Below are positions 19,202-27,683 of a stretch of 64,000 bases of DNA, piece after piece (within the stretch, counting starts at the first letter, position 1; every line of letters begins with the position of its first letter). Position numbers and translations under genes: made by a program. Under the pieces are notes generated by a model. That model had not been told where the DNA came from and ran no database searches. It was given only the letters and a program-made list of their open reading frames with translations. The stretch is from assembly GCA_937991435.1 (NCBI GenBank), contig CALKPY010000094.1, positions 15,262 through 79,261 of the forward strand, in the 5' to 3' direction. This DNA comes from an uncultured Acidimicrobiales bacterium (lineage in GTDB: Bacteria; Actinomycetota; Acidimicrobiia; Acidimicrobiales; UBA10347).

Positions 19202-20463
19202 CGAACGACGACCCAACGCTCGAGCGCGCGCCAAAAGCCGCGATTGCAGGGCGAGCGTTTCCGATCAAGATCGTCATTGCGTGCGGCGGCCTACTCACAG
19301 CGGTCTCGCTTGGCGTGCGCTCAACCTTCGGCGTGTTCCTCGACCCCGTCGTCGACAGCGTGCTCGATGGCGCTCAGGGGCCTTACGGACTCGCCATTGC
19401 GGTGCAGAGCATCGTGTGGGGTTTGAGCCAGCCGATCGCCGGAGCCGTGTCTGACCGCTACGGAGCTGCCCCAACATTCGCGGCTGGTTCGGTGCTCTAC
19501 GCAATCGCGCTCGCGCTGATGTCAACTGCAGAAAGCGGGGCGATGATCGTGCTGACCAGCGGGTTCCTTGTGGGTGTCGCGGTCGGCGCCGCAAGCTTCT
19601 CGGTGGTGCTGTCGGCGGTGGGTCGCATGGTCGCTCCAGAGCGACGCACGATGGCCCTCGGCATCGTCAGTGCGGTTGGCTCGCTAGGGCAATTCGTGCT
19701 CGTCCCTCTCGCCGGCTGGCTCATCGATCGCGGATCGTGGGAAAACACCGCCGTCGTGCTGGCGGTGTTGCTTCTCGCCACCGTATTTGTCACGCCAACC
19801 CTGCGAGGAAGCGCACGCCGCCACTTCCCCGAACCAGCGACCGATGAACCCGAGCGATCGCTTCGAGACGAATTACGCGGAGCGGTTCGCGCCAAGCCGT
19901 ACCTATTGCTTAATGCAGCCTTTTTCGTGTGCGGATTTCACGTGACGTTTATCGGCACCTATCTTCCCAGATATGGCGCAGATCTCGGTCATGAATCTGT
20001 CGCTCGCACGGCCCTCGCTCTGATTGGTTTGTTCAACGTTTTCGGATCGTTGGCAGCCGGTTTCTTTGGCGGCCGCCACTCGAAAACAAAACTTCTCGCC
20101 GGTATCTACTTGGCCCGAGCGTTGACGATCGGCGCCTATGTGTCGCTCCCGGCAAGCCCAGGCTCGACAATCGCGTTTGGCTGCGTGATGGGAACGTTGT
20201 GGCTCTCAACCGTTCCCTTGACCTCAGCCATCGTGACGGATCAATTCGGCACCACCCACGCCGGTGCACTATTTGGAGTCGTTTTCTTGTCTCATCAGGC
20301 AGGCGCTCTACTCGGTGCTCTCACGGGCGCAAACCTGTACGACCGAACCGGGTCCTATACGTCGACCTGGTGGATCGCCGTTGGTCTCGGAATCTTCGCG
20401 ATGGCAATGCACCTCATGATCGACGAAGGGCCGATCGCCGAGTCACGCATCGCGAGTCGCTAG
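19198..20463 (+). CDS. MFS transporter
   Basis: 421 aa with about 12 TM. GAVSDRYG-type loop motif. Its GTGA overlaps the OMT gene. Confidence 0.85.
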   Translation: MTNDDPTLERAPKAAIAGRAFPIKIVIACGGLLTAVSLGVRSTFGVFLDPVVDSVLDGAQGPYGLAIAVQSIVWGLSQPIAGAVSDRYGAAPTFAAGSVLYAIALALMSTAESGAMIVLTSGFLVGVAVGAASFSVVLSAVGRMVAPERRTMALGIVSAVGSLGQFVLVPLAGWLIDRGSWENTAVVLAVLLLATVFVTPTLRGSARRHFPEPATDEPERSLRDELRGAVRAKPYLLLNAAFFVCGFHVTFIGTYLPRYGADLGHESVARTALALIGLFNVFGSLAAGFFGGRHSKTKLLAGIYLARALTIGAYVSLPASPGSTIAFGCVMGTLWLSTVPLTSAIVTDQFGTTHAGALFGVVFLSHQAGALLGALTGANLYDRTGSYTSTWWIAVGLGIFAMAMHLMIDEGPIAESRIASR

Positions 20464-20493
20464 GCCCGCACCGATTTCGGTGATCGGCCCGGC

Positions 20494-20937
20494 TCAGCGA
20501 TCAAATCGCGACGAGTATCCAAGGCGCATCGCTGGAACGAAGAACTGTTCCGTGTGGTCATAGACCGAGCCCAAGAGCCGGTCCACGACTTCGGCGTCGA
20601 CAAACCGGTTGTCGATTCGGCCTTGCAGGTACACAGCGTTTTCTTTTCCGATGCAGAAGTGCAGATCGCGCATTGTGCGGTTGCGGACCAACAGGTGCGA
20701 GAACACTTCTTCACGGTTCTCTTCTGGTTCGGGCATGAAGTAGCTCATTACGCTGAACGTGCGCTGGTCGAGCGTGAACTCTGCACTGAAATGCTGCTTG
20801 GCCTCGCCATCAAGGCGCACATACCAAAACGGCTTGTCAACGTCGGCTCGTTCGACCGCCTGTACGGCCTCGATCTCTTCGACAGCTGTTGTTAGGGCCG
20901 CGTCGATCAACGCCTCGAGCCCTGCGATTTGTGTCAT
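20494..20937 (-). CDS. YbjN-like domain protein (Rv0487-type neighbour of mshA)
   Basis: Start set at MTQIAGLEALID (20937), which forms an ATGA overlap with the mshA stop. Acidic alpha/beta protein. Confidence 0.6.
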   Translation of the reverse strand: MTQIAGLEALIDAALTTAVEEIEAVQAVERADVDKPFWYVRLDGEAKQHFSAEFTLDQRTFSVMSYFMPEPEENREEVFSHLLVRNRTMRDLHFCIGKENAVYLQGRIDNRFVDAEVVDRLLGSVYDHTEQFFVPAMRLGYSSRFDR

Positions 20938-22190
20938 GCGCATTCGACAAGAACGCGGTTGGCTAGTTGTGCATAGAGATCCCTCAGACCTGATGCAGTG
21001 ACAGACCACCTGTACTCACGAGCGTGCTGCACAGCGTTGAACGCAAGTTCCGCCGCCAACATCGGATGGCCAAAGATCTGGTCAAGGTAGGTAGCAAACA
21101 CCGCAGGATTTCGGTCAGCAACCAGGAACCCGGTGACGCCGTGGTCAACAAGGGTTCGCAACCCACCCACCGAAGATGCAACGACGGGAGTACCACAGGC
21201 CGCGGCTTCGAGGGCCACCAACCCAAACGATTCGCTTCGACTTGGCACGATGCACACGTCTGCAGCCCTGTACCAACTCGACAGCAGATGGTGCGGCTGA
21301 GGACTCACGAACCGAACCCGGTCGTGAAGCCTGTACTGCTCAATCATGTGATTGACGAGCGCCAGTTCGGTCTCACCCTCGAGGCCGCTCGGCCCGCCGA
21401 CGATGACGAGTTGTGTGTCGGTGTGGCGCATACGACCAAGGGCTTCGACCGCGACCGCTACGCCTTTGAGTGGCTGAATGCGGCCAACAAACAAAATCGT
21501 TGGTTTCTCATCGAGACCAACGGCTTGGCGTGCCGCGGCCTGATTGCCCGGTGAGAACAGCGCATCTTCGACACCTGGCGAGACAAACGCGATGCGTTCG
21601 CGAGGAGTGTCATACAGCCGCTCGAGCCATTGCGCTTCGGCCGTGCAGCTTGCGGTCACTGCGTCGGAGCACGCGATTACCTGGGCCTCGGCCAGGGCCC
21701 GACGCTCGGGCTCGTGATCGCCCGTCTCGGCCTTGACTCGTGCCAGTGTGTGGAAGGTAGTCACCAACGGAATGCCGAGACGGTGCTTTATACGATGACC
21801 TGCTACTCCTGAAAGCCAGTAGTTGGCGTGCAACACATCGACGCCGCCGATCGCTTGAATGTCATCTTCGACGAGCGCCGCAAACTCATCGACGATGCCA
21901 TAAAGGGCTTCTTTCTCGAGGTCGAAGTCGCCGGCCGGAATATGCACCACCCGTACCCCGGGCTCAAGCTCAACTTCGGCGGGAAGATCGTGGTGCCAGG
22001 CACGCACATACACGTGACATTGCGCCCCGGTGTGCGCCAAGTGAGCGACCAGTTCGCGAATGTACACATTCATGCCACCGCTGTCACCGGAGCCGGGTTG
22101 GGCCAATGGTGAGGTGTGTAACGACAGCAGCGCAACCGAGAAGGGCTCGCTTCTGGCATCGCTGATCACGTGTTCAACGGTAGCTGGCAC
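20934..22190 (-). CDS. mshA: D-inositol-3-phosphate glycosyltransferase MshA (mycothiol biosynthesis)
   Basis: SVALLSLHTSPLAQPGSGDSGGMNVYIRELVAHLA matches the MshA N-terminal signature. GT4 C-terminal ESFGLVALEAAACGTPVV. Confidence 0.9.
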   Translation of the reverse strand: MPATVEHVISDARSEPFSVALLSLHTSPLAQPGSGDSGGMNVYIRELVAHLAHTGAQCHVYVRAWHHDLPAEVELEPGVRVVHIPAGDFDLEKEALYGIVDEFAALVEDDIQAIGGVDVLHANYWLSGVAGHRIKHRLGIPLVTTFHTLARVKAETGDHEPERRALAEAQVIACSDAVTASCTAEAQWLERLYDTPRERIAFVSPGVEDALFSPGNQAAARQAVGLDEKPTILFVGRIQPLKGVAVAVEALGRMRHTDTQLVIVGGPSGLEGETELALVNHMIEQYRLHDRVRFVSPQPHHLLSSWYRAADVCIVPSRSESFGLVALEAAACGTPVVASSVGGLRTLVDHGVTGFLVADRNPAVFATYLDQIFGHPMLAAELAFNAVQHAREYRWSVTASGLRDLYAQLANRVLVECA

Positions 22191-22216
22191 TGCACCGGTC
22201 AGACGCTTTGCAGCGC

Positions 22217-22453
22217 TCAGCCACCAGAGACTGGCGGAAGCAGTGCCACTTCATCTGCGGACGTGATCTTGTGTCGGTCCTTGGCCGGTTCGCCGTTGAC
22301 CCAGATTCGACACGTGGGAACCAGGTCACCAAATGCGGTTCCGAAGTGCGCTGTGGCCTGGCTCACAAGCTCATCAACGGTCGCAGCGTCGAACTCTGCC
22401 TGGCGGGTTCCGGCAGCTTCGCGGATCGAGGCAAACAGTCGCAAGGTGGCCAT
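22217..22453 (-). CDS. MoaD/ThiS-family sulfur-carrier protein
   Basis: 78 aa, beta-grasp-like, ending ...ALLPPVSGG with the C-terminal Gly-Gly. Confidence 0.7.
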   Translation of the reverse strand: MATLRLFASIREAAGTRQAEFDAATVDELVSQATAHFGTAFGDLVPTCRIWVNGEPAKDRHKITSADEVALLPPVSGG

Positions 22454-22516
22454 TGTTCACACCTTAGCCACGACGATGCCCCGCGCTCGGTGTGCTGTAG
22501 CCCCTAGTGTGGGAGG

Positions 22517-23128
22517 TTGATGACCGAGATCTTACTCGTGCGCCATGGCCAGTCTGAATGGAACGCTGTGGGGAAATGGCAAGGTCAGGCCGATCCTCCG
22601 TTAAGCCCTTTGGGGCGCCAGCAAGCTACGGCTGCTGGCCGGTTACTGTCCGACCGCCAACCGTTTGACGGCATCGCCTGCTCAACCCTTGACCGCGCTC
22701 GCACGACGGCTCGACTGATCGCCGCTGAGCTCAAGATGGACATGCCCTTTGAGTCGAAACACTTGATCGAACGCAGCGCAGGCGAATGGAGTGGGCTGAC
22801 TCGCGCTGAGATTGATCGCGACTATCCGGGGTACCTCAAATCGGGCCGCTACCCGACCGGCTACGAATACGACGAAGAATTCATCGTTCGCATTCGCGCC
22901 GGAATTGACGAGGTAATCGCCAACGTTCCCGGTGATCGATTACTCATCGTCGCTCACGGCGGGCTGAACTACTGTCTCGAAGCTTCGTTTGGACTGCCCT
23001 TCAAACACATGTCGAACGTCGGCGGACGGTGGTTGACCCGGGCCGACAACGGCACATTGTCGCTTGGCGGCCGCACTGACCTGTTGGCCAATTTCGACGG
23101 CGAAACCACCACACCCTCGGCAATCTGA
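22517..23128 (+). CDS. histidine phosphatase (phosphoglycerate mutase-like) family protein
   Basis: ILLVRHGQSEWN catalytic RHG motif and a downstream AHGG. Confidence 0.85.
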   Translation: MMTEILLVRHGQSEWNAVGKWQGQADPPLSPLGRQQATAAGRLLSDRQPFDGIACSTLDRARTTARLIAAELKMDMPFESKHLIERSAGEWSGLTRAEIDRDYPGYLKSGRYPTGYEYDEEFIVRIRAGIDEVIANVPGDRLLIVAHGGLNYCLEASFGLPFKHMSNVGGRWLTRADNGTLSLGGRTDLLANFDGETTTPSAI

Positions 23129-23150
23129 TACTTGCCCAGCGACGGGCTTT

Positions 23151-23408
23151 TCAGCCGCTCGACGACTTTCCGCTGGCGCAACGAGCTAGCGCTGAGCGGA
23201 AGGCAAGCTGGCCTTGGGCATCAAGTGATGAGCAGGTGTCGCACATTTTCGCCGTGTCGCGTGCCAGGCATTTCAGCACGCGTTCGACATCGTCAACCTC
23301 GGCTTCAACCGTGTCGAGCCACTCGGCATCTGGCAGGCGACTGAGGTGGTCGGTTGCCGACGAAGACGGCACTGGCACTGGCGCACCGGCTTCCTGTGAA
23401 TCATGCAC
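23151..23408 (-). CDS. small hypothetical protein (weak TraR/DksA-type zinc-finger resemblance)
   Basis: 85-aa ORF. LDTVEAEVDDVERVLKCL....MCDTC....RC resembles degenerate C4 DksA/TraR proteins. Coding status is uncertain. Confidence 0.3.
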   Translation of the reverse strand: MHDSQEAGAPVPVPSSSATDHLSRLPDAEWLDTVEAEVDDVERVLKCLARDTAKMCDTCSSLDAQGQLAFRSALARCASGKSSSG

Positions 23409-23453
23409 CGTTGGACCCTACCGAAGCGGCCCGCGCACCGGTACCATCACTTC

Positions 23454-23531
23454 GCCTCCGTGGCGCAGTCTGGTTAGCGCAGTGGACTTTTAATCCATTG
23501 GTCGTGGGTTCGAATCCCACCGGGGGTACCA
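23454..23531 (+). tRNA. tRNA-Lys (anticodon UUU), CCA encoded
   Basis: Hand-folded cloverleaf: acceptor GCCTCCG/CGGGGGT, D arm GCGC-AGTCTGGTTA-GCGC, anticodon arm GTGGA-CTTTTAA-TCCAT, variable loop TGGTC, T arm GTGGG-TTCGAAT-CCCAC, discriminator A, then CCA. Confidence 0.9.
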
Positions 23532-23548
23532 AGCGACGTTCTTTCAAA

Positions 23549-23580
23549 CCTCCGACAGCAGCGTCGGGGGTTTGTTCGTA
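23549..23580 (+). terminator. hairpin plus T-tract after tRNA-Lys
   Basis: CCTCCGAC-AGCAGC-GTCGGGGG followed by TTTGTTCGTA. Confidence 0.5.
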
Positions 23581-23581
23581 T

Positions 23582-24530
23582 TGGCGGACGACCATTTCCC
23601 AGAGGCGGTCGACATCTTCGAGGGTGAGGCCTTCTTCTCGCCGGCCGACCTCGGCGGTGGCCCTGTCGGCCGTGAGACTCGACGACTGAACGGCGTCTCG
23701 CAAGAAGTCGGGGTCGAGCATCGTCTCAAACAGCTCCGTGAACGAGAGTGCAGTGATGCCGTCCTCCCCTATCTCGACTCGTTTCAAGATGGCCTGGTTC
23801 ATCTGACGTCGAGTCTTGTCGTTGGCGGTCTGGCAAGCGGCTCCGACTTGGGTTGTGAATTCGAGAGCTGCTTCCAGATTGGCGACAACCAGAGCATGAC
23901 CATGATGGGCGCTGGAGAGTTGACGGTCAATGGCTTCAAGTTCGGCGCTGATGCGCTTCTGCTCACTCTTCATGAGTTCGAGCGGTACGGCATCGGCATA
24001 GTGGGCTTGTAGCAGCTTCTCTTGCTGCATGACCAAACGTGCCGGCGTGAGCTTTGGGCTTTGCCCTGGCTCTTGGCTTCGTCTCCGACGGCATCGAGTT
24101 CATCGAGTTCATCGAGGATGTAGCTGCGGAGTCCGCCAACGAGGGCGTCTGAAAGTCGGAACCTGTCGTACCACTGTTCGATCCACCATTCGACGAAATC
24201 TTGGCCGACTGATCGAAGACGGCAATCAGTTCGTTTCTGGTGCCTGCCCACGCACATGAAGTAGAAGTAGTCGTAGATCTCACCCGATCGGGAGCGGCTG
24301 TGGGACAGGCGGGACCCGCATTCGCCGCAGAAGATGGTGCCCTTGAGGTAGTGCTGCTGTTTGCGAAGAAGTTCTTGAACCTGGTTCCAAGTATTTAGGT
24401 CGACGAGCGGTTCGTGGTTGCCGTCATAGACGATGCCCTGGCTGAAGCCTGCTTCTTTTCTTCTGGCTCTGATGTTCTTTTCGAACTGGGCGGCTTCTTT
24501 GCAGATGGGCTGGGTCATCAACAAGTCATG
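23582..24530 (-). pseudogene. large serine recombinase remnant (zinc-ribbon plus coiled-coil parts only; frameshifted and 5'-truncated)
   Basis: One frame (within ORF 23970..25034) gives ...GIVYDGNHEPLVDLNTWNQVQELLRK...LKGTIFCGECGSRLSHSRSRSGEIYDYFYFMCVGRHQKRTDC, which is the recombinase and Zn-ribbon region. A second frame (ORF 23401..24036) continues QEKLLQAHYADAVPLELMKSEQKRISAELEAIDRQL, which is the coiled coil. The frames switch near 24036-24060. No resolvase catalytic domain lies upstream. Confidence 0.65.
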
Positions 24531-24590
24531 ATCGACTTGGAGGTGACGCCGAAACAACGGGCTATAGATAAACGGTCTACTATCTCTTCG

Positions 24591-25574
24591 ATGCATGAGA
24601 AGACAGAGCAGAGACCACTCCCACGGCTGCTTGTGACCCTCGCAGCACTCATGCTCATCGCAGCGGCTTGTGGATCGAGCGGGACAGCCGAGAGCGACAC
24701 GACAAGCAAAGCGAGCACGGCGACCGACGACGAACCTGGCATCTCGTTGGGCGCCAACAAAGACCCTGCGGGAGACGGCGACACCGAGACGGAAGCCGAG
24801 ACCGAGCCTGTGGCGACCACGGCACCGATCGCAACGGCTGTGCCAAACGAAGTACCAGAACCGACAGCGACACCAGTGCCGACCCCGACACCAGAGCCTC
24901 TGAACGTGCTCACCTTGGCTGATGCCAAGGCGGGTGTGTCTGGAGTGAACTGGACGATCCACTTCACAGGCACCGAACACTGGGAACCGTTCGGTCAACC
25001 GACAGGTGAGGAAGCCGACCGACTTGACATTCATCCGTGGATGCTTGACAGCGTCCGTGACCTGTTGGTGGTGACCGGATCGCCACAGGACGAATGGGTG
25101 GAAGTGCTGTTGCCGTGGCTTGAGCCGAACGGCCAGACCGGATGGGTGCGGACCGCAAGCGGCGAACTCTTCTCAACCGACGTGGTGTTGGAGATTCAGC
25201 GGTCGGCTGGCGTACTCAGTGTCTGGAGCGATGGTGAAATCATCTGGAGTGCCGATGATCTGAGTGAGCCGGAACGACGCTTGGCACATGTTCCACTGGT
25301 CATTGGGTCAATCGCGGGCATGGCAGAACAAGGCACCCGGGAATTCTTCAGTCCCTCAATTCTTGGGCTATCGGTCACCCTGGTAGATGTCGAAGGCATC
25401 GATTTCCAGCCAGTCCTTGGCATTCGAGGCCTTAACGACGGCGCGAGCGTTGAGGATGCACGAGCGAGCTTGCCACCGGACGCCAAGGGCTCTTCGATCT
25501 GGATTCGTAGCTCGGAGCTGGAGGAGCTTGCCGAGCTGCTTCCGGCGGGGGCTCGGGTGGAGCTTGTGGAGTAG
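24591..25574 (+). CDS. lipoprotein with a C-terminal YkuD (L,D-transpeptidase)-like domain lacking the catalytic His and Cys
   Basis: Lipobox LIAAAC at residues ~20-25, then a T/E/P-rich linker. The C-terminal part VVLEIQRSAGVLSVWSDGEII...LGLSV...GIRGLND...GSSIWIRSSELEELAELLPAGARVELV aligns by eye with the YkuD pattern ...GIHGTN...SHGCIRM...V..G..V. Start re-set to ATG 24591. Confidence 0.55.
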   Translation: MHEKTEQRPLPRLLVTLAALMLIAAACGSSGTAESDTTSKASTATDDEPGISLGANKDPAGDGDTETEAETEPVATTAPIATAVPNEVPEPTATPVPTPTPEPLNVLTLADAKAGVSGVNWTIHFTGTEHWEPFGQPTGEEADRLDIHPWMLDSVRDLLVVTGSPQDEWVEVLLPWLEPNGQTGWVRTASGELFSTDVVLEIQRSAGVLSVWSDGEIIWSADDLSEPERRLAHVPLVIGSIAGMAEQGTREFFSPSILGLSVTLVDVEGIDFQPVLGIRGLNDGASVEDARASLPPDAKGSSIWIRSSELEELAELLPAGARVELVE

Positions 25575-25745
25575 CCAAGGTGGTGATTCGGTTGCCTTGC
25601 TTTGCAGCGACTGGATTCATCGCTAGCAGGATGCCGTAAAACGAACTTGCGGATCAATTTCGGCTTATTCCGCGATTGAGAACGTTGCAATCGCACGGTC
25701 CTCGAAAGCGAGGATTTCGGGCGTTTCGCGGCTGCGGGCCCAAAT

Positions 25746-26279
25746 TCAGCATCCTGCTAGATCGAAGCAGGCAGGATCGTGCCCGTCACTGGCGGTCTTG
25801 AACTCCTCAACGAGTTGCCAGTGCAACTCGATGAGTTCATCCAACACGTCGGTGGAACCAAGCGATAGCGCCAGTTCGAGGGCTTCCTCAGCAGCTGTCG
25901 ATCGCTGACGCGGGTCTGCGCTCGTCGAGCGGGAGGCTATTTCGCTCGATAAGCGGATACTGAGCCGAGAGGACTCAAAGTAGCTTGCGCTCGACTTTGT
26001 TAGGCATAGGTTTCGCGCTGCACGGGCCCGTACCAAGGCATCCTTGGTGAGTCGCTCCCAGAGGTCAACGACCGCTTCAGAGACTGAATCGTTGTTCGGG
26101 CGGGGGAAATTCGTGAGCTTAAGACCCATGACGAGTGCCGAAACGATGGCGGCATCCTCTGGGTCTGGATTGAGGAACTCATCGTCAGACCACGACTTCT
26201 CGCGAGCATTCAGCCAACCGACGAGGCCTTCCGCGCCGAGCGTCGACAGTGGGTCTAGGAACAAGTGGTCAATAGCCAT
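25746..26279 (-). CDS. hypothetical helical protein (island cargo)
   Basis: 177-aa ORF in the lower-GC region. No recognisable motif. Confidence 0.5.
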   Translation of the reverse strand: MAIDHLFLDPLSTLGAEGLVGWLNAREKSWSDDEFLNPDPEDAAIVSALVMGLKLTNFPRPNNDSVSEAVVDLWERLTKDALVRARAARNLCLTKSSASYFESSRLSIRLSSEIASRSTSADPRQRSTAAEEALELALSLGSTDVLDELIELHWQLVEEFKTASDGHDPACFDLAGC

Positions 26280-26568
26280 CGTGGTCTCCTACCCAATAGT
26301 CGCAGAGATGACACGACCGCGAGGGAGAATTCACCTCTCCATCGAGAGACCACTACTTTGCTTGCGGAATGCCCGCACGTTCTGAGTCAAGCTATGACGC
26401 GTCGCCAGACGGAAGCTGGATGTGGCGACGACCGACTCAGGCCATCACGGTTCGAATAACGTCCTATCAGCGGTACAGCGTGATACTGCCAAAGCGACAT
26501 CGCATGGCGAGCGGGCCCAGCCCAGTCGATCGACCGTCTAAGATCGACGATGGCCAACTGGGAGCACT

Positions 26569-27666
26569 ATGAACCTGTCCGAAGCAATCGACGCGTGGGC
26601 TGCGAAACACCGCTCGGGGCTTTCGGCCGCGACGAGGCGCGACATCTTGGGGATCGGGCTAGCCGCATCCGATTCTGAGCACGGGTCTGTAGCAATCGCC
26701 GATCTGGATATCGACGCCATCGACTCCTTTGCCACCGAGGCGGCTGGCGATTCAAATTTGTCTGAGATGGCGATACGCGAATTTGTTGGCGTCGTGAAAA
26801 CGTGGGCAACCAAGAACACGAAAAAGAAGAAGACTCGAACGGCACAAACCAAACGTTCTGCTGGTCCTTTCGGAGCGCTCGTTGACGCATCAACTACCCG
26901 CTCACCCGCTGCCGATGAGCCAGTCTCAGCCGACGACGAAGACAAGCGTTCGTCGAGTGGCTCTGACGCTGACCGGAATCAGGCCGATGATCACGACGAC
27001 TCGTTTGAAGGCAAATCAGACAACACCGAAAAAGATGTCGATCTTGTCGACGGCGATGAAGATGAGGGCACAGGCGTCGAAACCAAGCCAAGCGACCTGG
27101 ATCGAGACGACGAACCGGGCGACCACGCGCCGGCCGAGAGCGAAGACGACGACGCACCCGCCGATCATGACGACGACGCACCCGCCGATCATGACGACGA
27201 AGACGACGACGAAGAAGAAGACGCGCCCGAAGAAGAAGACGCACCAGACGAAGACACACCGGGCGAAGACGACGTCGAAGCCGCACCGGATGAAGACGAA
27301 GACTTAGACGCTCGCGACGACGACGCGCCGGCCGATGATGAGCACGGCGACGACGAAGAACAAGACGACGACGAAGACGATGCGCCGGCCGATGATGACG
27401 ACGAAGAAGACCACGACGCTGAGCTGCCCAATGAGCAGCAGGCAGCATTTATGTCCGCGATCGCGACCGACAAGCGCGAGCAGAAGCCGTCGACATTCGC
27501 GAGGTCAAGTGCACCTTCAACGCACGTAAAACCACGACAGGGTGCGTTCACGGCCGAAACAAAGCCGGTAGAGAAGTCCAGTGGCCCCGACCTGCTCACG
27601 GCATTTTACTTTTCAGTGGCCGCCATCTGCTTCGTGGTGATGATCGTCATGTGGTTTACACGCTGA
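26569..27666 (+). CDS. hyper-acidic, tail-anchored membrane protein of unknown function
   Basis: 365 aa: a ~90-aa folded-looking N-terminus, a ~200-aa D/E-rich low-complexity region (DDDAPADHDDDAPADHDDEDDDEEEDAPEEEDAPDED...), and a single C-terminal TM (LLTAFYFSVAAICFVVMIVMWF). Confidence 0.6.
   Translation: MNLSEAIDAWAAKHRSGLSAATRRDILGIGLAASDSEHGSVAIADLDIDAIDSFATEAAGDSNLSEMAIREFVGVVKTWATKNTKKKKTRTAQTKRSAGPFGALVDASTTRSPAADEPVSADDEDKRSSSGSDADRNQADDHDDSFEGKSDNTEKDVDLVDGDEDEGTGVETKPSDLDRDDEPGDHAPAESEDDDAPADHDDDAPADHDDEDDDEEEDAPEEEDAPDEDTPGEDDVEAAPDEDEDLDARDDDAPADDEHGDDEEQDDDEDDAPADDDDEEDHDAELPNEQQAAFMSAIATDKREQKPSTFARSSAPSTHVKPRQGAFTAETKPVEKSSGPDLLTAFYFSVAAICFVVMIVMWFTR
27145..27192. repeat. 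perfect 24-nt tandem duplication inside the acidic-protein gene
   Basis: GACGACGACGCACCCGCCGATCAT occurs twice in tandem (27145-27168 and 27169-27192), encoding DDDAPADH twice. Confidence 0.9.
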
Positions 27667-27683
27667 GCAACACCTTGAATCCG

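Noticed and set aside
23970-25034. A 354-aa ORF on the minus strand, considered as an intact recombinase or other gene.
   Set aside because: Only its last ~150 codons (about 23970-24530) look like recombinase sequence. The N-terminal ~200 codons are Arg/Cys-rich antisense of the lipoprotein gene at 24591..25574.
26449-26457. GGTTCGAAT, identical to the tRNA-Lys T-loop region, considered as a possible distal att site of the island.
   Set aside because: A 9-nt match is too short to be meaningful. Large serine recombinases do not generate long direct repeats.
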